64,000 bases of DNA, from the NCBI RefSeq assembly GCF_964355755.1, contig NC_092677.1, forward strand, positions 24,725,175 to 24,789,174. Reading direction: 5' to 3'. The first letter of the stretch is position 1. Every line of letters begins with the position of its first letter. Positions 49,092 through 63,899 of this stretch are shown here, piece by piece. A program made the translations under genes and the position numbers. The stretch is from Antedon mediterranea (taxonomy: Eukaryota; Animalia; Echinodermata). Under the pieces are notes generated by a model. It ran no database searches. It was not told where the DNA came from and was given only the letters and a program-made list of their open reading frames with translations.

Positions 49092-49416
49092 GGCCCAATT
49101 CACACAGACGAGCGGTAACGGTAATAAAAATATATAATATATGTTATTCCTTCCTTATATATATTGGTCTTTAATGCAAAATTTATCAAAATATAACGTA
49201 GCCCGAAGGCTAAACCCCAATAAATATTTACGCGGAGCGGACAGGAGGTTTCCGAAAGATACAGATTCTATGTGGGGCAAACTACGCAGTTTTCCACCTA
49301 CCACATAAACATTTATACACCGCGGAGTGCGGAGTGGACAGTCGATTTTCGCTCAGGATAGATACAGGTACATGGTTTTCCACCTACCGTTACTGCTTGT
49401 CTGTGTAAATTGGCCT
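49092..49416. mobile_element. PIF/Harbinger-like MITE in a TOX intron
   Basis: TTA|GGCCCAATTCACACAGACGAGCGGTAACGGTA ... TACCGTTACTGCTTGTCTGTGTAAATTGGCCT|TTA. Confidence 0.78.
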
Positions 49417-49450
49417 TTAATAATTGTTTTACATATTATTCAGAACCTAC

Positions 49451-49546
49451 CTCTTCCATTCTGCTGTGGTGTAAGTGATTGGCTGGTACAATTCGTCCGT
49501 TATTATTATAGTTAAATCCTGTTAGATAATTTCTCTGAACTTGTCC
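49451..49546 (-). CDS. TOX4: TOX4-like early exon (start-codon exon lies further upstream, not found)
   Basis: 96-nt phase 0-0 exon, ttgcag| then GQVQRNYLTGFNYNNNGRIVPANHLHHSRMEE then |gtagg; NYLT motif as in the TOX4 N-terminus. Confidence 0.72.
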
Positions 49547-50065
49547 CTGCAAGAACAACAAAAATGAAAATATAATTCATCATATGTCATGTAAAATCCA
49601 ATCTGTAGTACGCATCACATAAAAAATTACACAGGCATAAATAAACAAGAAATAATAAATAAATACATCACAATTAATATTGAAGAACTGGATAAAAAAA
49701 TAAGTGTTACGGTAATATTCACTTGCAAAATTCATTTGCCCGTAAGGAATATTCTGTAGCTGTTAATTAGTAGGAAATTAAGTTTTGAATTCAGAGTTTC
49801 AAATTTAGATACAGATTTATTATAATTCACAATAATCAGTGAAGCGTGAAGTTTGATTTAATTAAGATTGAAAGGTCAGGGGTCAGTTGTAAAATGATGT
49901 TGATGAAAAAGGAAATACAGAGGAAGGTGATATGGTTTCGGGAAATTTAAGTATAGAGTAGGATATTTGATTAGGGAAAGATTCAGGGAATGATGTTGAT
50001 GAATGGGATAATAATGAACATTATGTACAGAGGAAGATGGATGAGAAAATGTTAATAGAAATATA

Positions 50066-50480
50066 ATAATGAATCATGATGACAATGAATCATGATGATG
50101 ATAATGAATCATGATGATGATGATGACAATGATGATAATGAATCATGACAATGAATCATGATGACAATGAATAATGATAATGAATAATGATGATAATGAA
50201 TAATGATGACAATGAATCATAACGAAAATGAATCATGATGATAATAATGAATCATGACAATGAATCATGATGATTGTCATCATGATTCATTGTCAATGAA
50301 TCATGATGACAATGAATCATGATGATGATAATGAATCATGATGATGATAATGAATCATGATAAGGATAATGAATTATTATGGCAATGAATCATGATGATG
50401 ATAATGAATCATGATGATGATAATGAATCATGATGATGATAATGAATCATGATGATGATAATGAATCGTGATAGTGATGA
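50066..50480. repeat. (aatgaatcat[gat]n) minisatellite
   Basis: Tandem array visible directly. Confidence 0.93.
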
Positions 50481-52089
50481 GAAGGCATTCTGTATGATTT
50501 AAAACCTAAAGATCTATAAATATTCGGCTTGTCAAAAAGTATTGTGCCAACTAGAACACTGGCCCAAAATGTTAAACTAGCCTCGCATTCTAACTGGTAA
50601 TTTGTTGTGCTACCGGGCACAGTACTACGTTGATGCGCTCATTGAGGTTTTCACTAAACCAAGAGTTGGCCATTACACATGTCAGATATTAATTACTTCA
50701 TTTTTTCCTGTTTACGTCTATTTAGAAAATAATAATATTATTAATTATTTTTTAAAAGTTTATCCTAAAGAGCTTACGCTATGATGTAATACAGTGCGAT
50801 TCCATTTACCTAATACTCAATGTAAACAAAATGATTCCTTAATAGCTCCATAATTTTTCCTTATTAATATTCTATTTAAAATGAATCATCCAGCACCGTA
50901 GAAAACAAGCGTACTCATTTATTGCCATGACAACTCGGAATTAACCTCCAAAGAGCCTTGTAATTAATTCGGCCATCCATTCTATCTAATTAACTTAATG
51001 AAAGACCAAATGCTGGAGTGGATAATACAGTCATCTGTTGCCATGACGACTAAGTGCATTGTGGTTGACGGGAGCACATGTCATTAAGACTGACTCTGAA
51101 ATTGCTTTGTTTGTTCACTGAAAAGGAAATTTGTTCGATTTAAAAATTTTCCTTATTGATTTTTCCAACCCACACATTAGGTTGGACAGGGTCCAAGAAA
51201 AGACGAGTCACCTTCGTATAAAATCGTCGTTACCGCAACAACAAAAAACGACCAAAACCATTAATAACACATTATCGATACTATTATCTTGAAATTGATA
51301 CCGTTTAATGAAGTGATTACGGTATCCAGGACATCATTCACGTATCGTACGCATCAAATCTGGTTCGGTTTTCACGCATAGTAATTAATAGCGCAATCTA
51401 ATTCCATACATTTGGACCATTAATTAAATATTATTAGTCACGCTGTACTTTCCTCTTGAATTTTACAAATTATTTTCAATAATAATGATAATTGTTGAAA
51501 ATATAATATTATTATTATTATCATGATTGGCTTTTGAATAGTGTAATCAAATATCAATATGTTAATAATATACTGGTATACTATACAAATTCTTAATAAT
51601 GACATCATAGTACTATAGATGTTTGTTAATTATTGAGATAATAATACCATAGAGATATTATAATATCTCTATGATAATAATAAGTTTTGTTAAAGATTGG
51701 GGTCTTACATATTAATATGAATTAATAAATAAATTTTAACTAACTTAAAGTTGATCTATGAAAAATACACTAAACATCGTTTCACGAAAATAATTATCTT
51801 TGAGTTGACCGCACCAGATCTATAAAGGTTATTGGAAATGACGTCAAACGTATTTATTTAAGGTATAAGACGTCACGTTTACGAAACCACAACATCACTT
51901 TAATATTTTATAAAAACATAGTAATAAATTCAAATTGATGGCGAATAAAGTACAATATTTTGTGAAGTGGAGTTTTTTTTTATATTTTTATTATAAGTTA
52001 ATAGCTTATCTACTGATAATATAAGTGAGAATCAGGTTTATTGTGACGTAATGTTCATATTTTAAGAAACACAACATTATTTTATCAAT

Positions 52090-52290
52090 GGTGATTATGA
52101 TGCTGGGCTACCACTCCAAGGGTCCTAGGTTCAAGTGCCGTCACAAGTCAGGACAAAATTACAACTCCACTCCCAAAGACTTGTAATACTTTTTGCTTAT
52201 GTAGAGCATCTTGTGCCTATGTTTGTCTTGTGAACCTATGAGAGTCCCTTATGATCAGCAATTGCTGGATGGATCACCCTCATTAAACAT
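52090..52290 (+). mobile_element. Degenerate tRNA-derived SINE
   Basis: B-box GGTTCAAGTGCC; body ACTCCCAAAGA..TATGTAGAGCATCTTGTG..TATGTTTGTCTTGTGAAC shared with 6165-6340. Confidence 0.55.
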
Positions 52291-52824
52291 GGAAAAAAAA
52301 GAACAAACTGTAAAAAAACATGATCATCAATTGGCATGGGGACCCCTTTGGAAACAACCCTTTAGGCTTTAAATGTTTATCCCCTGCTTTCCATGTTTAA
52401 TTTCTCAAGTTTAATGTTTGTTTAATTCTACATATTTATTCTAATTCATATTTTTATGCTGTTTTATAAATTGTATTGTTCTTGGAAATCAATAAATATT
52501 ACTTTACTTATCAGAGTACACTTCAACATTAACTGCACTTTATTTTGCGATTTTCAAATAATAACATGCTTTAGTCTAGTAGAGAACACTGTACTTTGCG
52601 ATGATGTCAAAAAAGTCATAGTATATAAACATTACACTAATGTTCCCCACAGAGAGGCAATTCAGCACTAATTTATACGTCATTCACTGATGTTCTCTTT
52701 GCCAGTTTTAATCATTTTGCATTCGATGGAAACAAGACGAAATGGGTTAAACTGGGGCAATAATTCATCAATATAGGTTATCCACGGAATCAAATTTCAT
52801 GAATCAATATAAAATGTTGTCTTA

Positions 52825-52989
52825 AGCTCTGTCTACACTATAAAATTAGTTTGACAATAAAAAGTGTGATGTGTCCAAATATGGTAGTGATATATGCTCA
52901 AATATGGTAGTGATATGACATCATCATGTCCATATATGGGCACATCACATTTTTGTTGTCACATATTGTTTGATAGTGTAGACAGAGCT
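52825..52989. mobile_element. AGCTCTGTCTACACTA-family MITE, full length
   Basis: Perfect 17-bp TIRs with TTA on both sides. Confidence 0.85.
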
Positions 52990-53732
52990 TTATAGAACCA
53001 AAGTAATTCTACATTGGACAATGAATTAATCACTACGTATTATATGATTTAATTATAATTTTATATACCTGTGACCTCCGATTGCCACATCTATTGTCAA
53101 TGTAATGTAAATTGATTATTCTTCATACAACAATCCATTATAACCATCCCATTATATAGGTCATTATAATACCTTATATTTAGATTATAATTATAAAATT
53201 AATCAGAAATACTTTACACGGATTTATTTAGGAGTACTAACTCCAGGTTAGCCAAATCTATCGTACATTGTAACCGGTGGGCTAGTACATTGCATAAGTG
53301 CGTCTTTATGGACTAGCAAAGACAAGCTCAGGGAAAGTAATTAATTTAAATCAAGCCCAGTCTAGGCTTACAATCGATTCTATAATTTAATGATTAATTA
53401 AAAATAATTCTATAATCTATGATTTTATAATAGTATGTTTCAATAATTAATTCTTTGTCATATCCTTTTCTTGTGACATATTTTTCATTTCATTCATTAG
53501 TATAAAATGTGACTGTTATTGTTAATTACAGTACTTCCAAACCAATTTTCCTTCTTCCTTCAGACTATAGTTTATTAAATTATAATTGCTTATATTAACA
53601 ACTTTGTTCAATCATTATTTGATGTATCTTGTGAAAATAAATTGAAACTGAAAATTAATATAATTTTTAATTATTTTCCTGCGCGTTGATGGCAAAGTGG
53701 TTACAAAGCGCAAGAACCAAACGTATTCACTT

Positions 53733-53938
53733 GTTATCTCCGCCAGAATGACGAGAGGTTATGAGGTCGATGGCTTGTGTTTGTTTGTTTTTATATTTGT
53801 TAGTTAGCAGGATTACTCAAAAAGTTATTGCCCGATTTTTATAACATTTTAAAGAATGGTTGTATAGCTGTATGGGAACATGTGACTCAATTTTCATATG
53901 CCTTGGCGGAGGTTTGCGCTCTGCGAGTGTTGTTTTTC
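53733..53938 (+). mobile_element. Helentron-derived (HINE) element
   Basis: CTCCGCCA...TGGCGGAG subterminal inverted repeat, GTTT microsatellite, 3' hairpin CGCTCTGCGAGTG. Confidence 0.65.
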
Positions 53939-55784
53939 TTCCGTTATGTATCATCTACTGTATTAATCACCAATTCATTATTGTTTTCATTATAAAAATG
54001 TGTAGGCCATAACATCATCCTTAATATGCTTCCGTGTCACAAGACATCGTGCAAAATAATTCGATTAATAAACGTTCTTTCCTTCTGTTCTACATTATAT
54101 TAATCAACTAATTAATTATTTTCATTTGTAATTTGGCTATTTATGGCAATCACATATGAAACAAATAAATCAATTATATATTCAGTCTTGATTCATGACA
54201 GATTATTTGAAATTGATGTGAATCAAGATATAGATAAGTATGGGAAAAAATTATTAAATGATTACTAAATTCAATTAGTAAAGTCATTAATATACAAGTG
54301 AACTATTTGTGGAAACTATATATATATATATTATATAGTTTTTCATTATGATTTATAAACTCAATTGATAATGGCACTGTAGAATGGGATAATATATACT
54401 TTCTTAGTATTCTCCAGGGTGTTGGTTCAACTCCTTCTGATCAACACCAGAATTGTCCACAGTAACAAGTAATTTTTGCTAAACATCTTTGTGTAGCAAT
54501 AAGGTAGATTTCTGTAAACTGGTTGAAAATGTTCCCTAAAATACCACTCTCCAACCTCCCCCCCCCCCCCCACCCACCTCTATACCTAGTATAATCTTTT
54601 GTTCAGTACAATGATTGTCCACATCGCCAAAACCGTACCCAATTCAAGCCTCTTGTAATACCTATGCATTCTTTTATGACAATATCAAAATGATTTTACA
54701 ATAATTTTCATATTTTTTAAAGCTTTGTTTATCAGTATATTCATCATTGTGTGTGAGTGTGACAAGTATACTGGATTCTTCCATAAGGAAAGTCTGGTAT
54801 CATTTCTCATACAAATTGAAAAAATGTATTTAAATAAAGTAAGTAAACATTCATTTTATTCTTTAATCCAGGGTTGAAATACCAGACAAATTAAATTATA
54901 TTTCTTAATCAATCAGCCAATTCAAAATTACAACGGAATAACAACTTCCTAATAACGGATGCCGTAGTCTGCGAGTATGCAACATGAAAACGATTAATTT
55001 CACATAGAATTCGGTCATTTGCAAGCATTGTATGTAACGATAGGTCCTTTCGACTGAAAGAAAATGGAAAAAAACTCATATTGAAATCATAACTCAGAAA
55101 CAAAATCGACTAAATGTTGGACAGCCAACATGAATCATCTTCGTATTGGTAATTAAACGAACTCGCTTAACATGACTTCGATGTCAGTTTTGCGGAGCGT
55201 AATATGTGATTTATGCGCGCCATTTGCCAAACTGAATTTCACTAACCAGGGAATAAGAGGCATCATTTGAAAATAGTTCAACGAATAAACTGCAACCGAA
55301 TTGAATAAAATGTGAACGTAAATACCGAGTTGATACGTAATTCACAAGGGAAGCTAAGAAAGCGGCATGATCTAAATAAAATGATGCCTTTTTAATATTT
55401 TAATGAAATATATTAATATCATAATTATTAACATGGACAGAATAAATTCTAAACCGCCCGGTGATATACTGAAAATTAATTAATTCAATTTTAATTGATA
55501 AGACGAGGACATCTGTGAGAATGAAAAAAAGTTCAACTTAACCACGATTTGAACCTGGAACCTTCTGCTTTAAATACAGATGTCATAACCATCAGACTAC
55601 TGGGGCTTTCATGGTATTTTTCAAATTCAATTGAATAACAAAGAAGTAATATGAAAATGTATTATTTATGTAAATTTCTGATATGAAAAACATTATCTAT
55701 TTTATAATTTATTTTGTATTTTAAATGGAAAATTTCAAATATTTCACATATTTTGTGTCCATATTTAGCCTAAACTAGGGGGTG

Positions 55785-56246
55785 GAATTATACTCGAGCA
55801 TGGGATCATATTTGAGCATAGAATTATATTCAAGCATGGGATTATATTTGAGCATAGAATTATATTCAAGCATGGGATTATATTTGAGCATGGAATCATG
55901 TTTGAGCATAGAATTATATTCAAGCATGGGATTATATTTGAGCATAGAATTATATTCAAGCATGGGATCATAATCAAGTATGGGATTATATTTGAGCATA
56001 GAATTATATTCAAGCATAGGATCAATCATAATCGAGTATTGGATCATATTTGAGCATGGGATCATACTTGAGCATGAGATTATATTTGAGCATGGGATCA
56101 TAATCGAGTATGGGATTATATTTGAGCATAGGATCATACTTGAGCATGGGATTATATTTGAGCATGGGATCATAATCGAGTATGGGATTATATTTGAGCA
56201 TAGGATTATATATGAGCATGGGATTATATTCGAGCATGGGATTATG
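55785..56246. repeat. 18-bp minisatellite (ttgagcatgggattatat)n
   Basis: Tandem array visible directly; explains the overlapping ORFs in several frames. Confidence 0.95.
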
Positions 56247-58898
56247 CTTAGTTACATAATAGTTCTTGTGGAAAGAGTTGCATGCACTTTGGTGTGAAAT
56301 GCGATGCATGTTAGTTCGCGTCATAGCGTTCTTGTACAAAAGATACTAATGAGCAGATGGGACGAACAAACAATTTCTGTTTTCGTCTATATTCCTCAAG
56401 GTCAAATGAGATTAGTACGCATTAACTTAATCCCGCTCCTGTTTATCTTTATCCAGGGGCGGATTAAAGACGTAGCATTCACTCCTTCCATTTTTGTTCT
56501 GAAGTACAGTATATAATCTTCGAAAAAAATATAAAATTCAACAAAAGAATTATTTTCATAAAAAATTATATTTTGAAATATTTTTTTAAGTCTACATCTT
56601 CATGGTACTTAATTACTAAGATAAATTTTTGGAGGTCTGTCCTTTATAGTAAACAGAAAAAGGAAAAACAATTAATAAATAAAGATAATTTCAATTAAAC
56701 AAATCCACTAAAATAGTTTCTTCCAAAAATGTTTTAAAAAAAATAATAAAATTAGATTTACACAACATGGTTTTAGTTCTAACATATCTGAAATAGAACC
56801 AACTATGAATGTGTATTATGTTACATGCATAATATTATACTAAACCTCAGAAAATAAACAGATTATGAAAAAATATTGTAAAAACACCATGGCAAAAATC
56901 TAGAATGCATTTATATTACCGGTATATACCTTTTCATATTAAAAATATTTACAAGAAAATCATTGGAAAGGAAGATATTAAGAATTGTTAAAAATGAGTA
57001 CCTAATTGAGTCAAACTCAAAATTAATAGGCTCTCAAAGGTATTGTAAAACTAAGGGTTAATTATTAGAACAGATTGTTCCAGCAAAGTCATAAATTATT
57101 CAATAAAATGAATTTTTTAATTTTTTTTAGTGTGGTATATAAACATTTTTAAGACCTAAAAAGTTAAAAATAAGTAAAAGTTTTAATGAAATTGACCTAA
57201 GGGCAAAAAAAATGGCTTAATAATTAACAACGAAACATACTACTGTAATAAATTGATCATCTGACACATTGATGGATTAATGTCAGATGTTCTTAAATAT
57301 TCTATGATCATGTTGCTCTATGTCTTGTAAATTATAGCGCTTTTAATTTACTAATTTTCTTCATGTTCTTAACACATGCTGGCGATAAACTTGTAATTTT
57401 ACACACCAGGAACACGTGTTGTTAAAAATGTGAAATGTAATTGAATTAATTTCACAATGTTAAAATTGAAATTTATGATAATTTTTTTTATGTAAGACTT
57501 AATCTTGTTAACTTATAATTAATTTTATTACTTTTTTAATCTAGTAATTTTAGAGACTTTAAATTGTTTTCATATAATTTTATTATGAATCATTATATTT
57601 AAATTACTTATAAGATGAGGTTATGATTATGAATATATTAATTTTATATATTATTATCTAAGTATAGACTCCTTTGAAAACATTTGAAAAAGAAAAAAAA
57701 ATGTTTAATTCTATATTAGGTCCTAATTATTCATAACTCTTATTCGTATTAATAGTTCTCACACAATCCAGTTTTGTTATTAGTGCCTTGTCCTTCGGAT
57801 GAAATGTACAGATGGTGGTGGTCTACACAACAGTATAAACAGGACTTGGCGATTGGCTCTGTGACTAAATGGAATTCTTACAGTCTAATAAAGACAATAA
57901 AGAACAATTAACTGATCAATCAAATCGAGTCATATATTTCTCCTACTGGTAGGTGGGGTCAGTTCCCATAACCCCTTTGGGGATATTTATTGACCAGACC
58001 GTAAAATTGAAAAATTGAGAACAAAACGATATGAGAAAATTCAAGGAATATAGTATACAACACAATATCAACCAATTTTTGTTCTTTAAATACTTATGCT
58101 AATTTAAGTCATTTAATTGTACTTCCAGGAGTAAATTATATCTAAATATATTCAAAGAATAGAGAAAGGTATGTAAATGTTGCTAATCAAAGCTGACGCT
58201 TTTGCAATGTGTAGGCCCTTCCACCTGGCTACTCGCTTTGAACTCTACTCCGGTCGGCCTACATATAAAACATCGTGGAACATCTTTTCTTCCTTTTAAA
58301 AGAGTTCTTTTAATCAAATGGCAATCAGCTGACACTACTGAAACAGCATTACCTCAATTTATTGCAATTTATAAGTAGTTTAGGTAGAACGGATATGTTA
58401 CACAGTAAAACTAATAAATTTCTTGCAAAAAGATGGCTTCATATATCGGACGTAAACTTTTCAACAATAAAATGAATATAGTCTATACACACTGAATAAA
58501 AGAAGATTTCAGTTTTAAAATTTCTATACCAAATATTAAATAAATAGGCCTACACACAATTAATATCTTAAAAAATCATTTAAAAGAGATGACATATCAA
58601 ACATAAACTTTCCAACAATAAAATGAATATAGTATGTACAGTACACCGAATAAAATAAATTTCAGTTTTAAAATTTCTATAAATAATAAATACACACAAC
58701 AATTAATATCATCTTATAATATCATTAAAAAAAAATGTTAGGTCTAAAATTGTCCAGTTTATTTTACTCTCTTCTGTACTTTACTTAAAATATCAAAGAA
58801 AATTGGAAAATATTTAGTGTTTTGGTATATTTGTTGTATCAGTTCATGTTACAACAATATTTATGTCATAAAGTACTAGAATATACATATATTATAAA

Positions 58899-59064
58899 CT
58901 CACTTGCACTGATGAAGGGCTAGTGTTACCTGAAAGCTCTGCTAACTTTTCTGGCTATTTTACTTTATCGTTTTGATAGCTTTTGGCTTTTTTTTTTGTA
59001 TCTCCATTGAGATCCAGCCACTGATACCCACATTGTCATTTCTTCAGTAATTTGCCTTTGGATT
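58899..59064 (+). mobile_element. Short hammerhead-bearing Penelope-type retroinsertion
   Basis: 11-bp direct repeat TATATTATAAA at 58888-58898 and 59065-59075; matches the 3' half of 27024-27362. Confidence 0.78.
58906..58942 (+). ncRNA. Minimal type I hammerhead ribozyme with weakened stem II
   Basis: GCA-CUGAUGA-A-GGGC-uaguguu-ACCU-GAAA-GC-UC^UGC. Confidence 0.68.
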
Positions 59065-62000
59065 TATATTATAAAGTGTAAAAATATATTATGTAATATT
59101 ACATAATGTATACAGTATATAAATACACTGGAAGAGCCAGTGGAACCTTTATTTTTTAGTGGTTCGCCAAATAAACCATTTATATATATATTTTTGTTAT
59201 ATTTATAATAATGTACACTAATTTGTTATTGAGCTATGGAGAATTTTTTTTTTCCGAAATAAAAGATGAATGAATGAATGAATAAATTTAGATTTTGTTC
59301 TTTGTTGAAGTTGTTTTGTTTTTGTATGATATACATTTAAATTAAAAACAAAAATAGACTACTGTACTTATCATAGTATTAAAATATAAATGCACAATCA
59401 ATCGTATAAACAAAGAAACCAGTAAAAACCGAAAATATGACGTAATGCATACAGCATTAAAACCTTAACCCAGATTTATTGCAGAGATTGCGACTGATTC
59501 AGAATTGCAATGGCCTGGCCTCGATTCGCAAATATAAAACCTGATGAAAATTGGCAGAGAATTTACAGATTTTAGACCCAATTCTTGTCATCTATACACG
59601 TCTACATTGAAATATTTCCATTTAATTGTTTTAATGGTGATGAGATTTTTGTAATAAAGTAAAAATTTAATTAAAATAGCAAGTTTTATTGAGAATTGAT
59701 GAGAAATTGTATTAGAATTGACAAGTTAAATTTTGTCTGTGGTTGTTTTGTAGGCGTCATGAGTTATAGTTATTTAAGCTACAGTACTCGCATTCAGGTT
59801 TTGGTTTTAATGATTCAACTATAAAATATATATGAAACTAATAAACAAGCAAATAAATAAATGACTGACGACTCAATAAAAAAAAAATTAAATATATCTA
59901 TTCTAAGCAAAATAGTATAGTAAATCAATGGAAATATGAAAATATAAGGCAAATTCTGTAATATAGTGTCACTTATGTATCACATGTGATGCCTGTATCA
60001 TAGGACATACGCCAACCTAAGGTTTAATCAATACAGTTGTCACATGTGATAAATATATGACACTGTATTACAGATTTTGTCTATGATACAGGACAAATTA
60101 TGCCATGAAGAAATAATACAGAGAATTTGGTGTAAAAATCAGGTTTTTCCTGTCACGATAATTTTCCATCGAATTTAATGGTAATATTACATGATAAAAA
60201 TATCATTCGTTAACATCCTGCCCGCCACAGGAGTCCATTAAGCAGTTTGTTGCTAATAATTCTCAGATTACTACATAAACTCAACTTGATGTATTCATAT
60301 TGAGAAGTGTATAGTTTTATTATGTTGAAGAGCCCAATATAAACACCTGCTCAAAAGGTCATTGACCTTGGAAAATTGAATTTTCTTTTTGAATACCAAG
60401 ATCATCAAATATATTATGAAATCGCCGAGTGCATTGCACTTAAATATTGAGTATAATATCAATATTGTGAATGTCTTCACGATTGCAAAGCGTGAGCGCC
60501 GTTAGAACGGATTGCAAGCACATCCCAGAAGCCCCTTCCCCTGATACTAATTCGTCATGATGTCTTGAACCACAAAATATTATTATGTTTTATGACTAAT
60601 AAATTGTAATTAAATACAGATTTTGTAGTCAATAATGAAGCTCTAGAGATAAATAAATAACATTTCTTTTAGCAGTAAAATACATTTACTGTATGTAGGC
60701 CTGTCTAAACCATCTACAGATTTTTAGTTGCAAACATAAAAAAAAAATATTTGTTTTAAGTATTTATGATAAATAAATTTGAAAAATAATCTGTACAATA
60801 CACTATACATCTAAAATGTATTTATTAAATTAATTATATTTTTCTTAGCAAAAATAAACTTAAAAGTCAAAATATATCAAAAGTATTGTGTGTACTCCGA
60901 ATTTCCAGGAAAAACTTGTTTTAGTCACTTTTACAATTTAAAATATCACACCATATTTGTACAAACTTGTAATTTTATGGATAAAAAAATGTGTTATTTA
61001 GCAATATTAATGTATTATATTAAGATATAAGAAGTATATTGCCATGAAAAGAAAACAAATATTTTTTAGTTAATATTGTTAAAATGAGTTGAAATCTTTT
61101 CAATTATACGTCAAAATAAATCACGCAATAAGAAATGACAGAAACCAAATTTCAATTTTAAATTAGAAATAAAAATGTCAGATATTTTTAACAAAATGTC
61201 ATTTACAACCATAAATGCAGTTTGTTTTAATATCACTGTTGGCACGTTTTGCTATTGTAATTCATTGGCCATCATACGTACAATGATATTGGGCAAAATT
61301 CAACAGATGGCTCCAGACAAATATAATTGATCCAAATTGCATTGATAATAACTCTTTTGTTATTCATTTATTTATGTGAACATATAAATGAGCCAAAATA
61401 TTGATTTGATTTTTACAACATTAGGGAGCAGATTGATGAGTAAGCTGCAGATAATTTTTTTGTTTTAATTATCATTCTGGAATTAATTAAAAATTAACTA
61501 ATAAAAAACAAATTTAAATTGGTACCATTATTAATCGTCTATGAATTTTTAGAATATAACCACAAAGAAAAAATGTACTAAACATCTTTTATCTATTCAC
61601 TAAACTTATTTTTTCCCCTTTAATATCATAATATAAATGTAAATTCTCTAAAAACTATATACTCACATCAAAACTAACTACACCCCATCCCCTCACCGCT
61701 AAAAAAAATTCTCACTTTCTTTAAAACGATATAGTACAATGCCGTAATTTTTTAGAGAAATATTTCCAAATATAACAGAAAAGGAAATATAGAGGAATTA
61801 CTTTTATTTATCTTTTTTTTAAAATCTGTTTTTATGTAGAAACTACAGAAAGAAAGTAGACTAACAAAACTATTATTATTGTTATTGATATTTATATATG
61901 ATAATATTAATCTTCATCTTTTATATTTGAATAAAAAACTACTTTATATTGTTAAAAGACATTTATTTAAATTAAAACATTATTTTTACACGTCGTCGTG

Positions 62001-62391
62001 ATTCATTAATTGAATGACAACACGGATTAATATGTTTATCGATGCATAAAAATTAATGAGGTTTAGTTTCATTAAGTTCTGTCTAGAATGAATGTCCCTC
62101 TGTACACTGCAAATAGGTGTAGAAGATAGATAGATAATATGAATGCATGACGATAAATAACAAGATTACATCCAATAAAGTCATGTTCTTCATTATTACC
62201 ATTTAGCAACAAGATTTCCGCTTACGAATTTATCTCAATACAACATCGCGACTTTTATTCTTACGATTCTTCATTTTAACGTTTTTGTTCTTTCAATTCA
62301 CCTAGTTTCCCGATAATTAATTTTATATGATTTATAATACAGTAACCTTTCTGACATTTGTGAAATCATTCAAAATGTATTATAATTTTTT

Positions 62392-62499
62392 CTTTATCGT
62401 TTTTATTTCGCTTTTCGCTTTTGTTTTTGTATCTCCATTGAGATCCAGCCACTGCTATCCACAGCATTGTCATTTTTTCAGTATTTTGCCTTCGGATTT
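62392..62499 (+). mobile_element. 3' fragment of the hammerhead-bearing element family, ribozyme part missing
   Basis: tgtatctccattgagatccagccactg...ttgccttcggattt shared with the 58.9-kb and 27.0-kb copies. Confidence 0.7.
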
Positions 62500-63611
62500 C
62501 TTTATGACATTATTTTTCTTTTTAAATGCCTAAATTTAAAGTTTGATTGTAACTTTGTCTCTCAATTTCATTTTCATGTCCCTGTGCGTAAACCTCGCAT
62601 TAATAATCTTTTAAAAGTGCAGTTTTCTCGTGTTATTGTGTGTAAAAACTGCATTTTTTGTCGGGTTGCTCATTCATATAATAGTTTAGTTTAAATGTTT
62701 CCTTACATCAATATTTTTAGTTGTAAAACTTCTGCTTTTAATGTCATTTTTATTAATATATAAATCTGTTTGTTCCTTGTTCTTTTTTATGTAAATCTAA
62801 TGTATCTTTTATGGCGATCCTGTTTTGGTGTTTTTCTTTACACTGTTGGATCTTGAATAAATAAATAAAATAAAATAAAAATAAATAAATATATTTTTTT
62901 AAGTAAACATTTATATTTTGCTGTAATATGTTTTCTATGTGTTACAATACTGTAATGTGAGTGTTAATAAAACTAAATAAATAATGTTTAAATTTTGTTT
63001 TGTTTTCTGCCATTTTCAGCATCAGAAGCCAACAGTATTTTTTCATCCTCTTCTTGTACAATACAATCTGTAATGTATGCACTTTTCAAATCATTCCCAA
63101 GACTCATACCATTTTTTTTTGCCTCAATATTAACAATTTGTTCAGATGTTATTTGAGTTTTTGCCAAGAGAGAAATAATAATTGATATACAATACAGGAA
63201 AATTTGTGAAATATGGAACCTAAATAGGTAAATACACTATACTGTACAATGAAATATAACATTTAATTTAATTTATTTAAAAGTAGGGTTAAATTACAAT
63301 TAAATTAAACAAACGACAGGTTGTATAAGGTATGTAATTTAACACCTTGACCTTTTGTGCAGAAATCATTAAATTCACAATTGTTCTGAAGAAAAAAAAG
63401 ATTTAAATTGTGTAAATGTAACTCCATATTTGAAATAGAACATTAATTTAGTTTATAAGGTTAAATTAAAATTAAGTTAACAGAAGGTTGTCGCCTGTGT
63501 ACATTTTAAAAGTTTACAATATTAAAAATAGCTATAAAAACATCAGGAGGCAGAAAATAGAAATAAATTAAAATTATCTACAATGGAATATACTTGTTTG
63601 TTTGTTTTATC

Positions 63612-63899
63612 TTTATACTGGGTGACCTCTTCAGTCAAAGACTGATCTCCCAGAGGGCCCAGTTGGTGATCAGTGGCTGTGATGTACTAATATACCGGGG
63701 TATCGTCTCGAAAGATGTACTAGGTTCTTTAAAGTGCACACGAGCAAGTTGTGTACACTGGACCTACGGTTTATAGTCCTTATCCGAGAAGACTCGTTCT
63801 ACCACCAGAACCATGGAGCGAGTGAGCCTCGAACCCCTGCCGATGTTATGGCTACGTGATTACGGTTCCACTGTCTTAACCGCTCGGCCACTCACTCAC
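63612..63899 (-). mobile_element. Full-length tRNA-derived Deu/Nin-domain SINE
   Basis: Head with A-box TGGCCGAGCGG and B-box GGTTCGAGGC; CTCGGATAAGGACTATAAACCGTAGGTCC..TTTAAAGAACC central domain; AAAC tail. Confidence 0.8.

Noticed and set aside
55535-55605. tRNA gene
   Set aside because: Only decayed A- and B-box-like remnants on the minus strand with no complete cloverleaf; probably a SINE head
55765-56339. Five overlapping repetitive ORFs
   Set aside because: Produced by a largely stop-free 18-bp tandem repeat
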